DNA of 64,000 bases from Leptolyngbya sp. SIOISBB (GCA_010671905.1 JAAHII010000001.1:6098026-6162025), one strand, 5' to 3'. Shown: positions 9,097 to 18,103, counted from the stretch's first letter. Notes: generated by a model not told the origin, from the sequence alone. Numbers and translations are program-made.

Positions 9097-10966
9097 TAGG
9101 GCCAGACACAGTTTGGCTTTTGGCCCAGCTTTGATGGGCGGTGCCTTCGGCAGTCGTAATCACGGCTTGAAAGTATTGCGCGGCTTCGGCGAGTTCCCAA
9201 AGGTCGAGATGATAGAGGCCCAGACTGAGTAAAGCATCGACTTCAATCATCCGCCAGCAATAGATAGCATGAGCATCGGCAGCATGACACTTGGCGTTTT
9301 CGAGTCCCTGCCGAGCGATCGCTTGCGCCTGCTTTTGCATTGAAATCGCAGCGTGAATTTTGCCCGCAATCCAATACACATCAGCAAGGATATTTTGCAG
9401 TTCGCTGGCTCGTTGATCGTCCGGTAGATGAGGCAATAGCGTCGGAATCGCGGCCATCATCGGTCGCAATAGGCCCATACGATAGAGCGTGCTGCCGAGC
9501 GTGAGATGCTGTCCCCACTGGTTATGGCGGCTGTTGAGCAACACTTCTGCAGCGACCGAGTAGTCGGCGATCGCCAACGCATGATAATACGCCTCCAATG
9601 CTTGAGTTGCTTCCGCAATCGTGGTGATGGACTCGACGTGCTGGGTCCAAAATTGAATCGCTTGGGTGTGGGTACGTTGCCAATCAGAACTCTGCCGCAA
9701 CCGCTCCAGCGCTTCAGCCTGCACGACGGGATGTAACCAATACTGCCCTTTATGGCTTTCGAGGAGTGAGCGGTTCCGTAGGGAAGCGATGACCTGACGG
9801 TGACGAGCGGGCTCCACATCCCACATTAGAGCCAGCAGACCATCCGTGGGCACGCGCGGCACATCCTGATACCGAAATGCGCCCAATCGGCAAAACAGTT
9901 GATAAGCATCGGCATCCAGGTCTTTGAGGCGATTGACCTGGCTAGTGACTAAATTTTTCAGATCCAGAGCGGTCAGCGGATCAGCCCCCACTTCTTGCCA
10001 GTAGGCATTCCCATCCCCGTCAAAGTCACCCGCGATCGCCCCTCGCAAAATGTTCATCGCTTTGGCATTGCCGCCATAAGCCCGATGCATTGCTTCCAAT
10101 GTTGAGGCACTAACCGCAATCCGCCTCTGCTCAAAAAATAGGCTCCACGTATCGAGACTCAGCCCCGGCAGACGGTAATGATGTACCGATACTCCCGGCT
10201 CGCAGAGGCGATCGCGGCTGGTTAGCAACGTGATGGTTTGGCCTTTGGGATCGCATAATACCCGCATCAAATCTCCGTAGCGAGAATGCTGGGACCAAAA
10301 TCGGCCCTGGGCATCGAGCGCGGGTTCCAAATTGTCAATCAAGATGCCGACTCGCTGTTCCCGCAGTTGACGTTTAAGCCGATCAAGCGTCACCCCAAAA
10401 TCTTGGCCAGGCTCAATCTGAAAGTCCTGTCGCAGCCATTCCTCAACCACTTGTTCGGCCGGGGTGATGTTGATCGTTTCCTTGGCCATCAATAGTTCCA
10501 GCACGGCATCAAAGGTCTGATGCTCTAAGTACTGTTGAGCTAGCGTCGTTTTGCCAATCCCCCCCTCTCCTTGTAGCGCGATCGCTCGGTGTCCTTGAGT
10601 AATGAGGTGATCGAGGTGGGCGATCGCGGCTTCTCGCCCGACAAAGCCGCTGGCTTCAGCTACGGATGGGCTCTCGGGCAGGGACTGGGTAAGCTTGACC
10701 TTCGCTTTTTTGAGATATCGTTCGAGCACCGCCAGGCTGTTGCTTTTAGTGACTCGCTCATCCAACGCTTGGGATAGGGCTTGCCACAGTTGCGATGCGA
10801 CATCTTTGACATGGCCCTCGGTGTAGCGCAGTCGCTGGGCGATTTCGCCATAGGTCTGGCGTCGCCAAACATCCTTCAAAATCTTGCGCTGTAGGTCGTT
10901 CAGATGCTTCCCAGTAGCGCGGAATACGAGGGAATCTGCCAGGTCTAAAACGGTGTCTGCGCTCAT
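9083..10966 (-). CDS. HTH - NB-ARC - TPR STAND NTPase, N-terminal fragment
   Basis: N-terminal cyanobacterial HTH-like module (LNDLQRKILKDVWRRQTYGEIAQRLRYTEGHVKDVASQLWQALS), then P-loop GEGGIGKTTLAQ with FVGRE upstream, then TPR-like repeats. Confidence 0.75.
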   Translation of the reverse strand: MSADTVLDLADSLVFRATGKHLNDLQRKILKDVWRRQTYGEIAQRLRYTEGHVKDVASQLWQALSQALDERVTKSNSLAVLERYLKKAKVKLTQSLPESPSVAEASGFVGREAAIAHLDHLITQGHRAIALQGEGGIGKTTLAQQYLEHQTFDAVLELLMAKETINITPAEQVVEEWLRQDFQIEPGQDFGVTLDRLKRQLREQRVGILIDNLEPALDAQGRFWSQHSRYGDLMRVLCDPKGQTITLLTSRDRLCEPGVSVHHYRLPGLSLDTWSLFFEQRRIAVSASTLEAMHRAYGGNAKAMNILRGAIAGDFDGDGNAYWQEVGADPLTALDLKNLVTSQVNRLKDLDADAYQLFCRLGAFRYQDVPRVPTDGLLALMWDVEPARHRQVIASLRNRSLLESHKGQYWLHPVVQAEALERLRQSSDWQRTHTQAIQFWTQHVESITTIAEATQALEAYYHALAIADYSVAAEVLLNSRHNQWGQHLTLGSTLYRMGLLRPMMAAIPTLLPHLPDDQRASELQNILADVYWIAGKIHAAISMQKQAQAIARQGLENAKCHAADAHAIYCWRMIEVDALLSLGLYHLDLWELAEAAQYFQAVITTAEGTAHQSWAKSQTVSGPSGFP

Positions 10967-11357
10967 TGTTCAGTTTCCTGAGCTTTGGTCTAATCTAGCC
11001 GACGGGAAAGGGAGTGGCAGGGTATAGGGGGTTGAGGGTGTGCAGGCAATGGGGATGGGGTGCCGGGTATCGGATATCCGGGGCTGGATGTCGGGCGGGA
11101 ACTTGCAAATATCGGCTAATTTCAAGGTCTCACTTTTAGTTTCACCTTGAACCCCAAACCCTGAATCCTGAACCTAAAGCCTCAATCTTCTTCACTGACA
11201 ATAACGGGATTTTCTGACTACTGAGTGTCGATGGTGACAGGGCAGACGTTTTCCGACTTTTTCGGGCTGATGACCTCTCACGGATGCTGACTTTGGCCGA
11301 CTGACAGCTTTCTAGGAGGTGGATAGGGTTGGGGGGACAAACGCATTGGGTAAGGCC

Positions 11358-12332
11358 ATGACCTATGTCCTCTCGTCTCATACGCATACCACTGATCTTG
11401 CTGGAGAATTTGCTACTGAGCTGGGGTGGTGGCAAATCTTGCAACGGATTCGCACGCTACGCCAGCGCTACGTAACCGAGCCGATTTTGCGCGATCGCCT
11501 CGAAGAACTCCCCCACCAGTTAGCGCACCCGACCGTGCGACCTTGGGGGGCGATCGCTTGGGGTGATGTGCATGCCGATCAACTGATTGGTATCGACTGC
11601 GAGACTTTCTGCGCGACCCTGCTGGGCACCATCAACACCGAAGCACCGATTCGCGGCTATACCCAAAGCAGCCGCCAGTATTTAGAACGGCTGTATCCAG
11701 CAATGGCGCGATATGTCGGCGGGCGCGTTGATGAATCCAACAAGCTGGTAGCAATTGGCTTGTGGGAACGCGAAGAAAAACGGCATACCCCAGCCTTGGC
11801 GAAACTGTACACGATCCTCAGTGGTGAGAAGCCAGACATTGTGCCCCATGCGGCTCGCCCCTATCAGCCCGCCGACGATCCGCGAGAAAACCTCTATCGT
11901 CACGGACTACACCGGGTCGCCACCGAATATGGCGCCACCTGCCTGTATTTGTGGATGATGGCCTATTCAACTGGCGCGCTGCAGGCGGTTCTGGCGGAGT
12001 TATTGATCGATGAAATTAACCACATGACCAAGTTTTGGGGATTTGGCATGTGGGCCTATCCCGATTCTTCGCTGGTCAAAATAGGGCAAACCCTAAGTCG
12101 GGCAATGGTGCGGAAGCTGCGCGATCGCACCTCTCAGGGCAGTCTGCTGCACACCCTGCGCCGCATGATGGATGAGCTGGCATGGGAACGATGGTCAGCA
12201 ACTCAGCGGTTGACGCTGTTATACACCTTTGACCAGGTCATCAAGCCAATATGCGCTTGGAATGGCACCCTGACACCCACCTATTTAGACGCCCTGTTTG
12301 GCAAACCTGACGAAATCGGGAATGCTACCTAG
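11358..12332 (+). CDS. Soluble di-iron acyl-ACP desaturase-like (ferritin-like) protein
   Basis: Two E..H motifs, WEREEKRH and LIDEINH, whose flanks resemble the FA_desaturase_2 family. ATG 11358 is preferred over GTG 11319. Confidence 0.55.
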   Translation: MTYVLSSHTHTTDLAGEFATELGWWQILQRIRTLRQRYVTEPILRDRLEELPHQLAHPTVRPWGAIAWGDVHADQLIGIDCETFCATLLGTINTEAPIRGYTQSSRQYLERLYPAMARYVGGRVDESNKLVAIGLWEREEKRHTPALAKLYTILSGEKPDIVPHAARPYQPADDPRENLYRHGLHRVATEYGATCLYLWMMAYSTGALQAVLAELLIDEINHMTKFWGFGMWAYPDSSLVKIGQTLSRAMVRKLRDRTSQGSLLHTLRRMMDELAWERWSATQRLTLLYTFDQVIKPICAWNGTLTPTYLDALFGKPDEIGNAT

Positions 12333-12390
12333 AGCTTGCTAGGGCCGTCTATCTCAACAAAATTATTTGAACGCTAATGGTTTATCGTCT

Positions 12391-13152
12391 ATGGATTTTC
12401 GAACTATGAAAACGCTGCCTGTGGATATTGACCGCGATCGCCTCCCTCAACATGTGGCCTTCATCATGGATGGCAATGGTCGCTGGGCTAAACAGAGAGG
12501 ATTACCCCGCATTGCTGGACATCGCCAAGGTGCCCGCATTCTCAAAGACCTCGTCCGTTGCTGCAAAGACTGGGGCATTCCCACGCTAACGGTATATGCC
12601 TTTTCGACCGAAAACTGGCAACGCCCGCTCAAAGAAGTGGAATTCCTCATGCGGTTGTTTGAGCGGCTGTTGCGCAAAGAACTCGCCGAAATGCATCAAG
12701 AGGGCGTGCGCCTGCAATTCCTGGGTGATCTGTCAGAGCTGCCCTCAACCTTGCAAACGGAAATGACGCAAGCTTGTGACATCACCGCACAAAACCAGGG
12801 CGTCACCTTTAACGTCGCCGTCAACTATGGTAGTCGTTTAGAAATCACCCGGGCCTGTCAGGCCCTGGCTCAACAGGTAAAACAGGGGATTTTGAATCCG
12901 GAAGATATTGACGAAAGCACTATTAGTCAGCAGCTCTATGCTCCCAATGGACCAGATCCTGACCTGTTAATTCGCACCAGTGGCGAGCAGCGTTTGAGCA
13001 ATTATCTACTCTGGCAACTGGCCTACACCGAACTATACTTTACCGATCGCTTTTGGCCCGATTTTGACCGCAGTGCTTTTCACGAAGCGTTATTGGCCTA
13101 TCAACAGCGCGATCGGCGCTTTGGCAAGGTCGCGACGGCGCTGAGTGCGTAG
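12391..13152 (+). CDS. uppS: Isoprenyl transferase (undecaprenyl diphosphate synthase)
   Basis: [31 protein letters not shown] and [15 protein letters not shown] motifs. Start chosen at ATG 12391; the ORF-track TTG is at 12367. Confidence 0.93.
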   Translation: MDFRTMKTLPVDIDRDRLPQHVAFIMDGNGRWAKQRGLPRIAGHRQGARILKDLVRCCKDWGIPTLTVYAFSTENWQRPLKEVEFLMRLFERLLRKELAEMHQEGVRLQFLGDLSELPSTLQTEMTQACDITAQNQGVTFNVAVNYGSRLEITRACQALAQQVKQGILNPEDIDESTISQQLYAPNGPDPDLLIRTSGEQRLSNYLLWQLAYTELYFTDRFWPDFDRSAFHEALLAYQQRDRRFGKVATALSA

Positions 13153-13157
13153 AGAAG

Positions 13158-13240
13158 TAGGGGCGAGGCATTCTCGTTGCTACTGATCGGCCATGACCAG
13201 TTATGACAGCGCGAGAATGCCTTGCCCGTAAGGGGTACGG
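13158..13240. repeat. Hairpin repeat family 2, copy 1
   Basis: Arms gggcgaggcattctcg (13161-13176) and cgagaatgccttgccc (13212-13227), starting 9 nt after the uppS stop. Confidence 0.8.
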
Positions 13241-13334
13241 ATGAGTCGATGGTAGGTGTCAGTGTTGATTGCCCTGCAAGGAATTTCAAGATTTGGGATG
13301 CTGAGGTTGAAACCCCAAATGTGGAGATTGAGGG

Positions 13335-14144
13335 ATGCCTCCCATCGTGACTTTGCTAACGGATTTTGGGTATCGCGACGGTTATGTTGGCGTGATGAAG
13401 GGGGTGATTGCGGGCATTTGTCCCGACGCTCGACTGATCGATTTGAGTCACGATATTCCGCCCCAAAACATTGCTGCCGCCCGATTTACCTTGCTGAATG
13501 CGTATCCATACTTTCCTGACGGGACGGTACATCTGGTGGTGGTCGATCCGGGGGTGGGAACCGCGCGACGATCGCTCGCCCTACAAACGCCCATAGGCTA
13601 CTTGGTTGGACCAGACAACGGCGTGTTGAGTGGTGTGTTCGACCCAGTCGAGGAAATCAAAGCGGTTGAACTGACCGAAGCAAAGTACTGGCGATCGCCC
13701 CAGCCCAGTAACACCTTTCACGGACGGGATATTTTTGCGACGGCAGCAGCCCATCTAGCAGCAGGCATTGCCTTGAATGAACTAGGGCAGGACGTTGACC
13801 CCGACGCACTGATCCGCACTGCGATTCCTCAGCCCAAGATGACGACAGACAAAATCGTGGGTTCGATTCAACACGTTGACCACTTCGGCAATCTTGTGAC
13901 CAACATTCCGGCAGCCGCGATACTCCCCAAGAGTGGTTCTGGCAACGCCTCCCAAAACTGGAAAATGCAGGTGGGGGCAGTGGAAATACCTGTAGGCCAT
14001 GCCTACGGTGATGTCGAAATCGGCCACGCGATCGCTCTCATCGGCAGTCATGGTTGGGTCGAGATTGCGGTGAACGGCAGCAGCGCTCAGGCAAGATTAC
14101 GACTCGTGATCGGCGACGAAGTGCAGCTCGCTGCTGTGGAGTGA
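13335..14144 (+). CDS. SAM hydroxide adenosyltransferase family protein (DUF62, SAM hydrolase/halogenase-like)
   Basis: MPPIVTLLTDFGYRDGYVGVMKGVI and HLVVVDPGVGT are family hallmarks. Confidence 0.85.
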   Translation: MPPIVTLLTDFGYRDGYVGVMKGVIAGICPDARLIDLSHDIPPQNIAAARFTLLNAYPYFPDGTVHLVVVDPGVGTARRSLALQTPIGYLVGPDNGVLSGVFDPVEEIKAVELTEAKYWRSPQPSNTFHGRDIFATAAAHLAAGIALNELGQDVDPDALIRTAIPQPKMTTDKIVGSIQHVDHFGNLVTNIPAAAILPKSGSGNASQNWKMQVGAVEIPVGHAYGDVEIGHAIALIGSHGWVEIAVNGSSAQARLRLVIGDEVQLAAVE

Positions 14145-14253
14145 CTTCAGAGTTCAAGATTTAGGGTCAGACTAATTCGGCGGGCGAGATTAACTCTTAA
14201 ACTTCACGGGGATTGGGCGATCACGGCGTTCCCCTATACCATGACTGGGCGCT

Positions 14254-14327
14254 GTACGGGCGAGGCATTCTCGATACAAGATTTGGGTCATGACAGTAAT
14301 GCAACCGCGAGAATGCCGCGCCCCTAC
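14254..14327. repeat. Hairpin repeat family 2, copy 2
   Basis: gtacgggcgaggcattctcg ... cgagaatgccgcgcccctac, followed by ttgttttt. The right arm overlaps the stop codon (14324-14326) of the convergent gene. Confidence 0.8.
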
Positions 14328-14881
14328 GGTTGTTTTTGCTCAACGCCAAACCCAGCTAGCCTGACATTCTGCAATGGGGCATGATCGACTGGAGGGCGCT
14401 GATAGTTGAGAATCTTGCGGATGCGCAGAGTCGGATTGACCAGGGTGATGGAATCCACTGAGACGACTTGGGTATAGCGAGTCGTCATCAGTAGTTCACG
14501 GCTGGTTAGCCCAAACCGAAAGTGAGAAATGATGGGTCTGGCTTCTTCGTAGGCGCGATCGCGTAAATAATCCCCTTCCAGAAAGCCCTCTTCCTTCAGC
14601 TTGGGCACAAACAGCATTCGCAACTCTTGGCTAACTTCCTCCCCGGTTTCTGAAACGGTGTGAAATCCGAGGCGAAAACCGGGCATTGAGTCAATGTCAC
14701 CAGCATCACCATACTGATTGTCTGCCAGGACTTTTTCTTTCAGTTCACCAGTGATGGGAGCGATGGCAAATTCCGTGCGTGATCGCTCAACTTCTTGATG
14801 ACTCAGGTAGTGGTAAGTACGCTCAGTAACCCATTCCCCCACGCAGCAGTCAAAAAAATCGTAAAACGGTTGAATATCCAT
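14324..14881 (-). CDS. Phycobiliprotein (bilin) lyase, CpcS/CpeS family
   Basis: FYDFFDCCVGEWVTERTYHYL N-terminal pattern and DYLRDRAYEE...LLMTTRYTQVVSVDSITLVNPTLRIR resemble CpcS-type lyases. Confidence 0.65.
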   Translation of the reverse strand: MDIQPFYDFFDCCVGEWVTERTYHYLSHQEVERSRTEFAIAPITGELKEKVLADNQYGDAGDIDSMPGFRLGFHTVSETGEEVSQELRMLFVPKLKEEGFLEGDYLRDRAYEEARPIISHFRFGLTSRELLMTTRYTQVVSVDSITLVNPTLRIRKILNYQRPPVDHAPLQNVRLAGFGVEQKQP

Positions 14882-14986
14882 CGAGCGATCGCCTCGGCAC
14901 TATTCTTCTTTACAGCATGGTAAGCCATTCCCGAAACGGTTTCTCTAGTGAGGTTACGGTTTGGAACAGGGATGGTTTTAGGTCGC

Positions 14987-15037
14987 AGGTGTGGGGTTTC
15001 AGGTCTCTGGGCACCCGATATCTGAAACCCCACACCT
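14987..15037. other. Perfect 16-bp-arm inverted repeat (hairpin)
   Basis: aggtgtggggtttcag (14987-15002) and ctgaaaccccacacct (15022-15037) with a 19-nt loop. It lies between the DUF3611 gene's 3' end and the CpcS-like gene's 5' end. Confidence 0.9.
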
Positions 15038-15165
15038 CATACCGACCAAAGCCATGGCTCAAATCCAGCTAGTCCTTTATGGCATAAGTCGCGATACCCC
15101 TCCAGAATCGGCTCCCCCTTGCCTATCATGAATGGTCTGCAAATTTACGCCGTTGTGTACTCGCC

Positions 15166-15747
15166 TCAGGTATTATCCAGAGAATTCATCGTCCACAAGG
15201 TCGCGACCAAGCCGACAAAATGCGCCAGCAGAATGTTGGTATTGGCCTGAATGACAAAGATATCGAGCGGTTGCACATACTGACTGACATTGCCGGGAGC
15301 CCCAAACACGGCAGCCCCTTGAGGTTGCGACAAAGCTTTGGCAAGTAGAGCACCCACAGTGGCTTCAGCACCGATGAGGGTGGCTAACATTCCCCCCAGG
15401 CTGATGAACAAACCAATTTTCAAGGTGCGGATGGCGTCTTTAGGTTTCGGACGTTTGGTATCGTCACGGCTGCGGAGTTGTCGACCCAGGCGAGTGTAGC
15501 GAAAGGCCCAAAAAGCACTCGCAAAGACGGTGATTTGGCCAACAGAGGTAAAAAACAGGCCCGCGTCAGCACCTGGATCAGCGCCACCACTACGGGCTGA
15601 CAGGCTCGCGATCGCAAACAGCAGAGCCAAACTTGCAATGACACCCAGTACAATCTGCGCCCAAAAGCTAATCCACCCAAAGCGCCGGAAAGCGCCGGAA
15701 ATGCGGCGAATAGCAGGGGGCAGGGAATACTCTAGCTCTGGGGTCAT
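15166..15747 (-). CDS. DUF3611 family membrane protein (TIC21/PIC1-like)
   Basis: 193 aa with four hydrophobic segments. FGWISFWAQIVLGVI and a basic loop RLGRQLR fit the DUF3611 family from memory. Confidence 0.6.
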   Translation of the reverse strand: MTPELEYSLPPAIRRISGAFRRFGWISFWAQIVLGVIASLALLFAIASLSARSGGADPGADAGLFFTSVGQITVFASAFWAFRYTRLGRQLRSRDDTKRPKPKDAIRTLKIGLFISLGGMLATLIGAEATVGALLAKALSQPQGAAVFGAPGNVSQYVQPLDIFVIQANTNILLAHFVGLVATLWTMNSLDNT

Positions 15748-15907
15748 GAAGGTACGCTGACGGAGACTCTTAGCTCAAAACACAATGCACAGCCACCGGG
15801 GCCGTAGTTGTGATTCTAGACTACTGCCTAGTCAGATCCGCCAATTTGGAAAAACAACGGCACAATAGTTAGAAGTTTACTGCTGGCGCTTCTAGGAGCC
15901 TCCTGAC

Positions 15908-17302
15908 ATGTCGCGATCGTTTGACCGCTACACCGATCAGATTATTGACTTGATCGCCCGCTATCGCGATCACGTTGATTTCCTCTCGATTCGCTTGGAA
16001 GAATCTGAAGGCACCGATATTTTGCTGCGGGGGGGCAAGGTCGAAACCTTGAGCGAAGGCATTGCTCTCGGGGGACAGGTGCGGGCCTGTCACCAGGGGG
16101 GCTGGGGCTTTGCCAGTTTTAATCAGCTAGAAGACTTAATTGAGCGTATCGAAGGTGCCATCCAGGCCGCGCATTTGGTCGGAGATGATGAAACCCTGTT
16201 GGCAGCGATCGCACCAGTGCAAACGCGATCGCGCCACACCATGAGCGGCACCAGTCCCCGCCATATTTCCTTAACGCAAAAAAAAGCCCTTTGCACCCAC
16301 TACGACGAGATTTTGCAGAGCGTCGATGACTGCATTACCACCACTTCCGTGCGCTACAGCGACGTCACCCAGCATCTGCTGTTCGTGACCTCCGAGGGCA
16401 CGCAAATTGAACAGAATTGGTCCGATATGGAACTCCGCTTGGCGGCGACTGCCCGCAATGGCGACACCGTGCAGACAGGGCGCGAAACCAATGGGTCTCG
16501 CCAAGCTTTTGAAGACCTAGAAGATCTTGATACTCAAGTGCAGAGTGCAGCAGAACGAGCCGTTGCGGCATTGGATTTGCCACCCGTGAAAGGCAAGTCC
16601 TATAGCGTAGTGATTGATCCCATCCTGTCGGGCTTGTTCGTCCACGAGGCGTTTGGACACCTGTCGGAAGCCGATATGGCCTACGAAAATCCTGACTTGC
16701 TAGAGGTGATGACGTTGGGACGACGGTTTGGCCCTCAGGAGTTGCAGATTTTTGATGGGGCGGCGTTGGCAGGCCACCGGGGCAGCTACGACTACGATGA
16801 TGAAGGCTGCCCGGCCACGACGACTCAGCTCATTGAAAATGGCGTGCTGGTGGGGCGACTGCATTCTCGCGAGACGGCAGGCAAGCTGGATGAACAGCCG
16901 ACCGGCAATGCCCGTTGTTTGAGCTATCACTACCCCCCCCTGGTGCGCATGACGAATACCTGGATTGGCCGAGGCAAGACCCCGGTTCGCGATTTATTCT
17001 CTGGCATTGAAGAAGGGGTGTATGCCAAAAACTGGCTGGGCGGCATGACCAACGGCGAAATGTTCACTTTTACCGCTGGGGAAGCCTGGATGATTCGCGA
17101 TGGGGAGTTGGCAGAACCGGTGCGAGATGTCACCTTGTCGGGCAACGTCTTCCGTACGCTGGCGGATATTGAAGGGATTGGCGACGATTTTTATTGGGAT
17201 GAGTCGGGCGGCTGTGGCAAGGCGGGGCAAAGCGGCCTGCCCGTCGGCTGTGGGGGACCGAGTCTGCGCATCCGTAATGTGGTTGTGGGCGGAGAAGCGT
17301 AG
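15908..17302 (+). CDS. tldD: TldD-type metalloprotease
   Basis: HEAFGHLSEAD zinc motif and C-terminal GGCGKAGQ...GGPSLRIRNVVVGG, typical of TldD/PmbA. Confidence 0.9.
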   Translation: MSRSFDRYTDQIIDLIARYRDHVDFLSIRLEESEGTDILLRGGKVETLSEGIALGGQVRACHQGGWGFASFNQLEDLIERIEGAIQAAHLVGDDETLLAAIAPVQTRSRHTMSGTSPRHISLTQKKALCTHYDEILQSVDDCITTTSVRYSDVTQHLLFVTSEGTQIEQNWSDMELRLAATARNGDTVQTGRETNGSRQAFEDLEDLDTQVQSAAERAVAALDLPPVKGKSYSVVIDPILSGLFVHEAFGHLSEADMAYENPDLLEVMTLGRRFGPQELQIFDGAALAGHRGSYDYDDEGCPATTTQLIENGVLVGRLHSRETAGKLDEQPTGNARCLSYHYPPLVRMTNTWIGRGKTPVRDLFSGIEEGVYAKNWLGGMTNGEMFTFTAGEAWMIRDGELAEPVRDVTLSGNVFRTLADIEGIGDDFYWDESGGCGKAGQSGLPVGCGGPSLRIRNVVVGGEA

Positions 17303-17307
17303 AACCC

Positions 17308-18087
17308 GTGCTGCGACTCTCTCAAGGACAACTGAGCCTGCTGGAATATTGTCCCCGGCGGTATCAGCACACGATTTTGGAGTCGCTGTCGGTACCGGCT
17401 TCACCGGAATTATTAACCGCCCAGCAGTGGGGCGATCGCTTTCACCTGCTCATGCAGCAGCGCGAGATGGGGTTGCCCATCGACCCGGTCCTCGAAGCCG
17501 ATACGGAACTGCAGACTTGCCTATCGCAGCTCCAAGCCCAAGCACCGCAGTTGTTTGACACGACGGGGGAAATCTTTCGCCAGAGCGAGCATGAGCGATC
17601 GCTCACCTTTCAAGACTATTGGCTAACCGGAGTCTATGACCTGCTAAGGCTGTGGCGCGATCGGGCCGAAATTGTGGATTGGAAAACCTACCTCAAGCCC
17701 CAAAAACAGCAGCATTTGCAACGCGACTGGCAAACGCGCCTCTATCTATATATGTTGGCCGAGACGACGGATTACCCGCCCGACGCCCTGGCGATGACTT
17801 ATTGGTTTGTGCGAGTCGAGAGTCCCGACACCCCAACCCCAGCCCCACAACAGGTGCGCATTGGCTACTCCGCAGCGGCTCATCGCCAAACTCAGAAAGA
17901 CTTAGAACGTCTGACCCAAAAACTCACTGACTTTCTCGCAATGGGTCTACCCTTTCCCCAGCTTCCTGTTGGCAGTGATCAGTGCGCCAACTGCCCCTTT
18001 GCCGTACGTTGCCAACGGGGCTTTGCCCAGGAAACCGTAGTGTCGACTTTGCCCAGCTTAGATGAGATTGAGGAAGTCCCCATTTAG
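17308..18087 (+). CDS. PD-(D/E)XK nuclease family protein with Cas4/AddB-like Cys cluster
   Basis: N-terminal LSQGQLSLLEYCPRRY and C-terminal CANCPFAVRC (Cys-1 plus CxxCx5C), with a DxK-type core (IVDWKTY). GTG start 5 nt after the tldD stop. Confidence 0.7.
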   Translation: MLRLSQGQLSLLEYCPRRYQHTILESLSVPASPELLTAQQWGDRFHLLMQQREMGLPIDPVLEADTELQTCLSQLQAQAPQLFDTTGEIFRQSEHERSLTFQDYWLTGVYDLLRLWRDRAEIVDWKTYLKPQKQQHLQRDWQTRLYLYMLAETTDYPPDALAMTYWFVRVESPDTPTPAPQQVRIGYSAAAHRQTQKDLERLTQKLTDFLAMGLPFPQLPVGSDQCANCPFAVRCQRGFAQETVVSTLPSLDEIEEVPI

Positions 18088-18103
18088 AACTTTTCGCCTA
18101 TTC

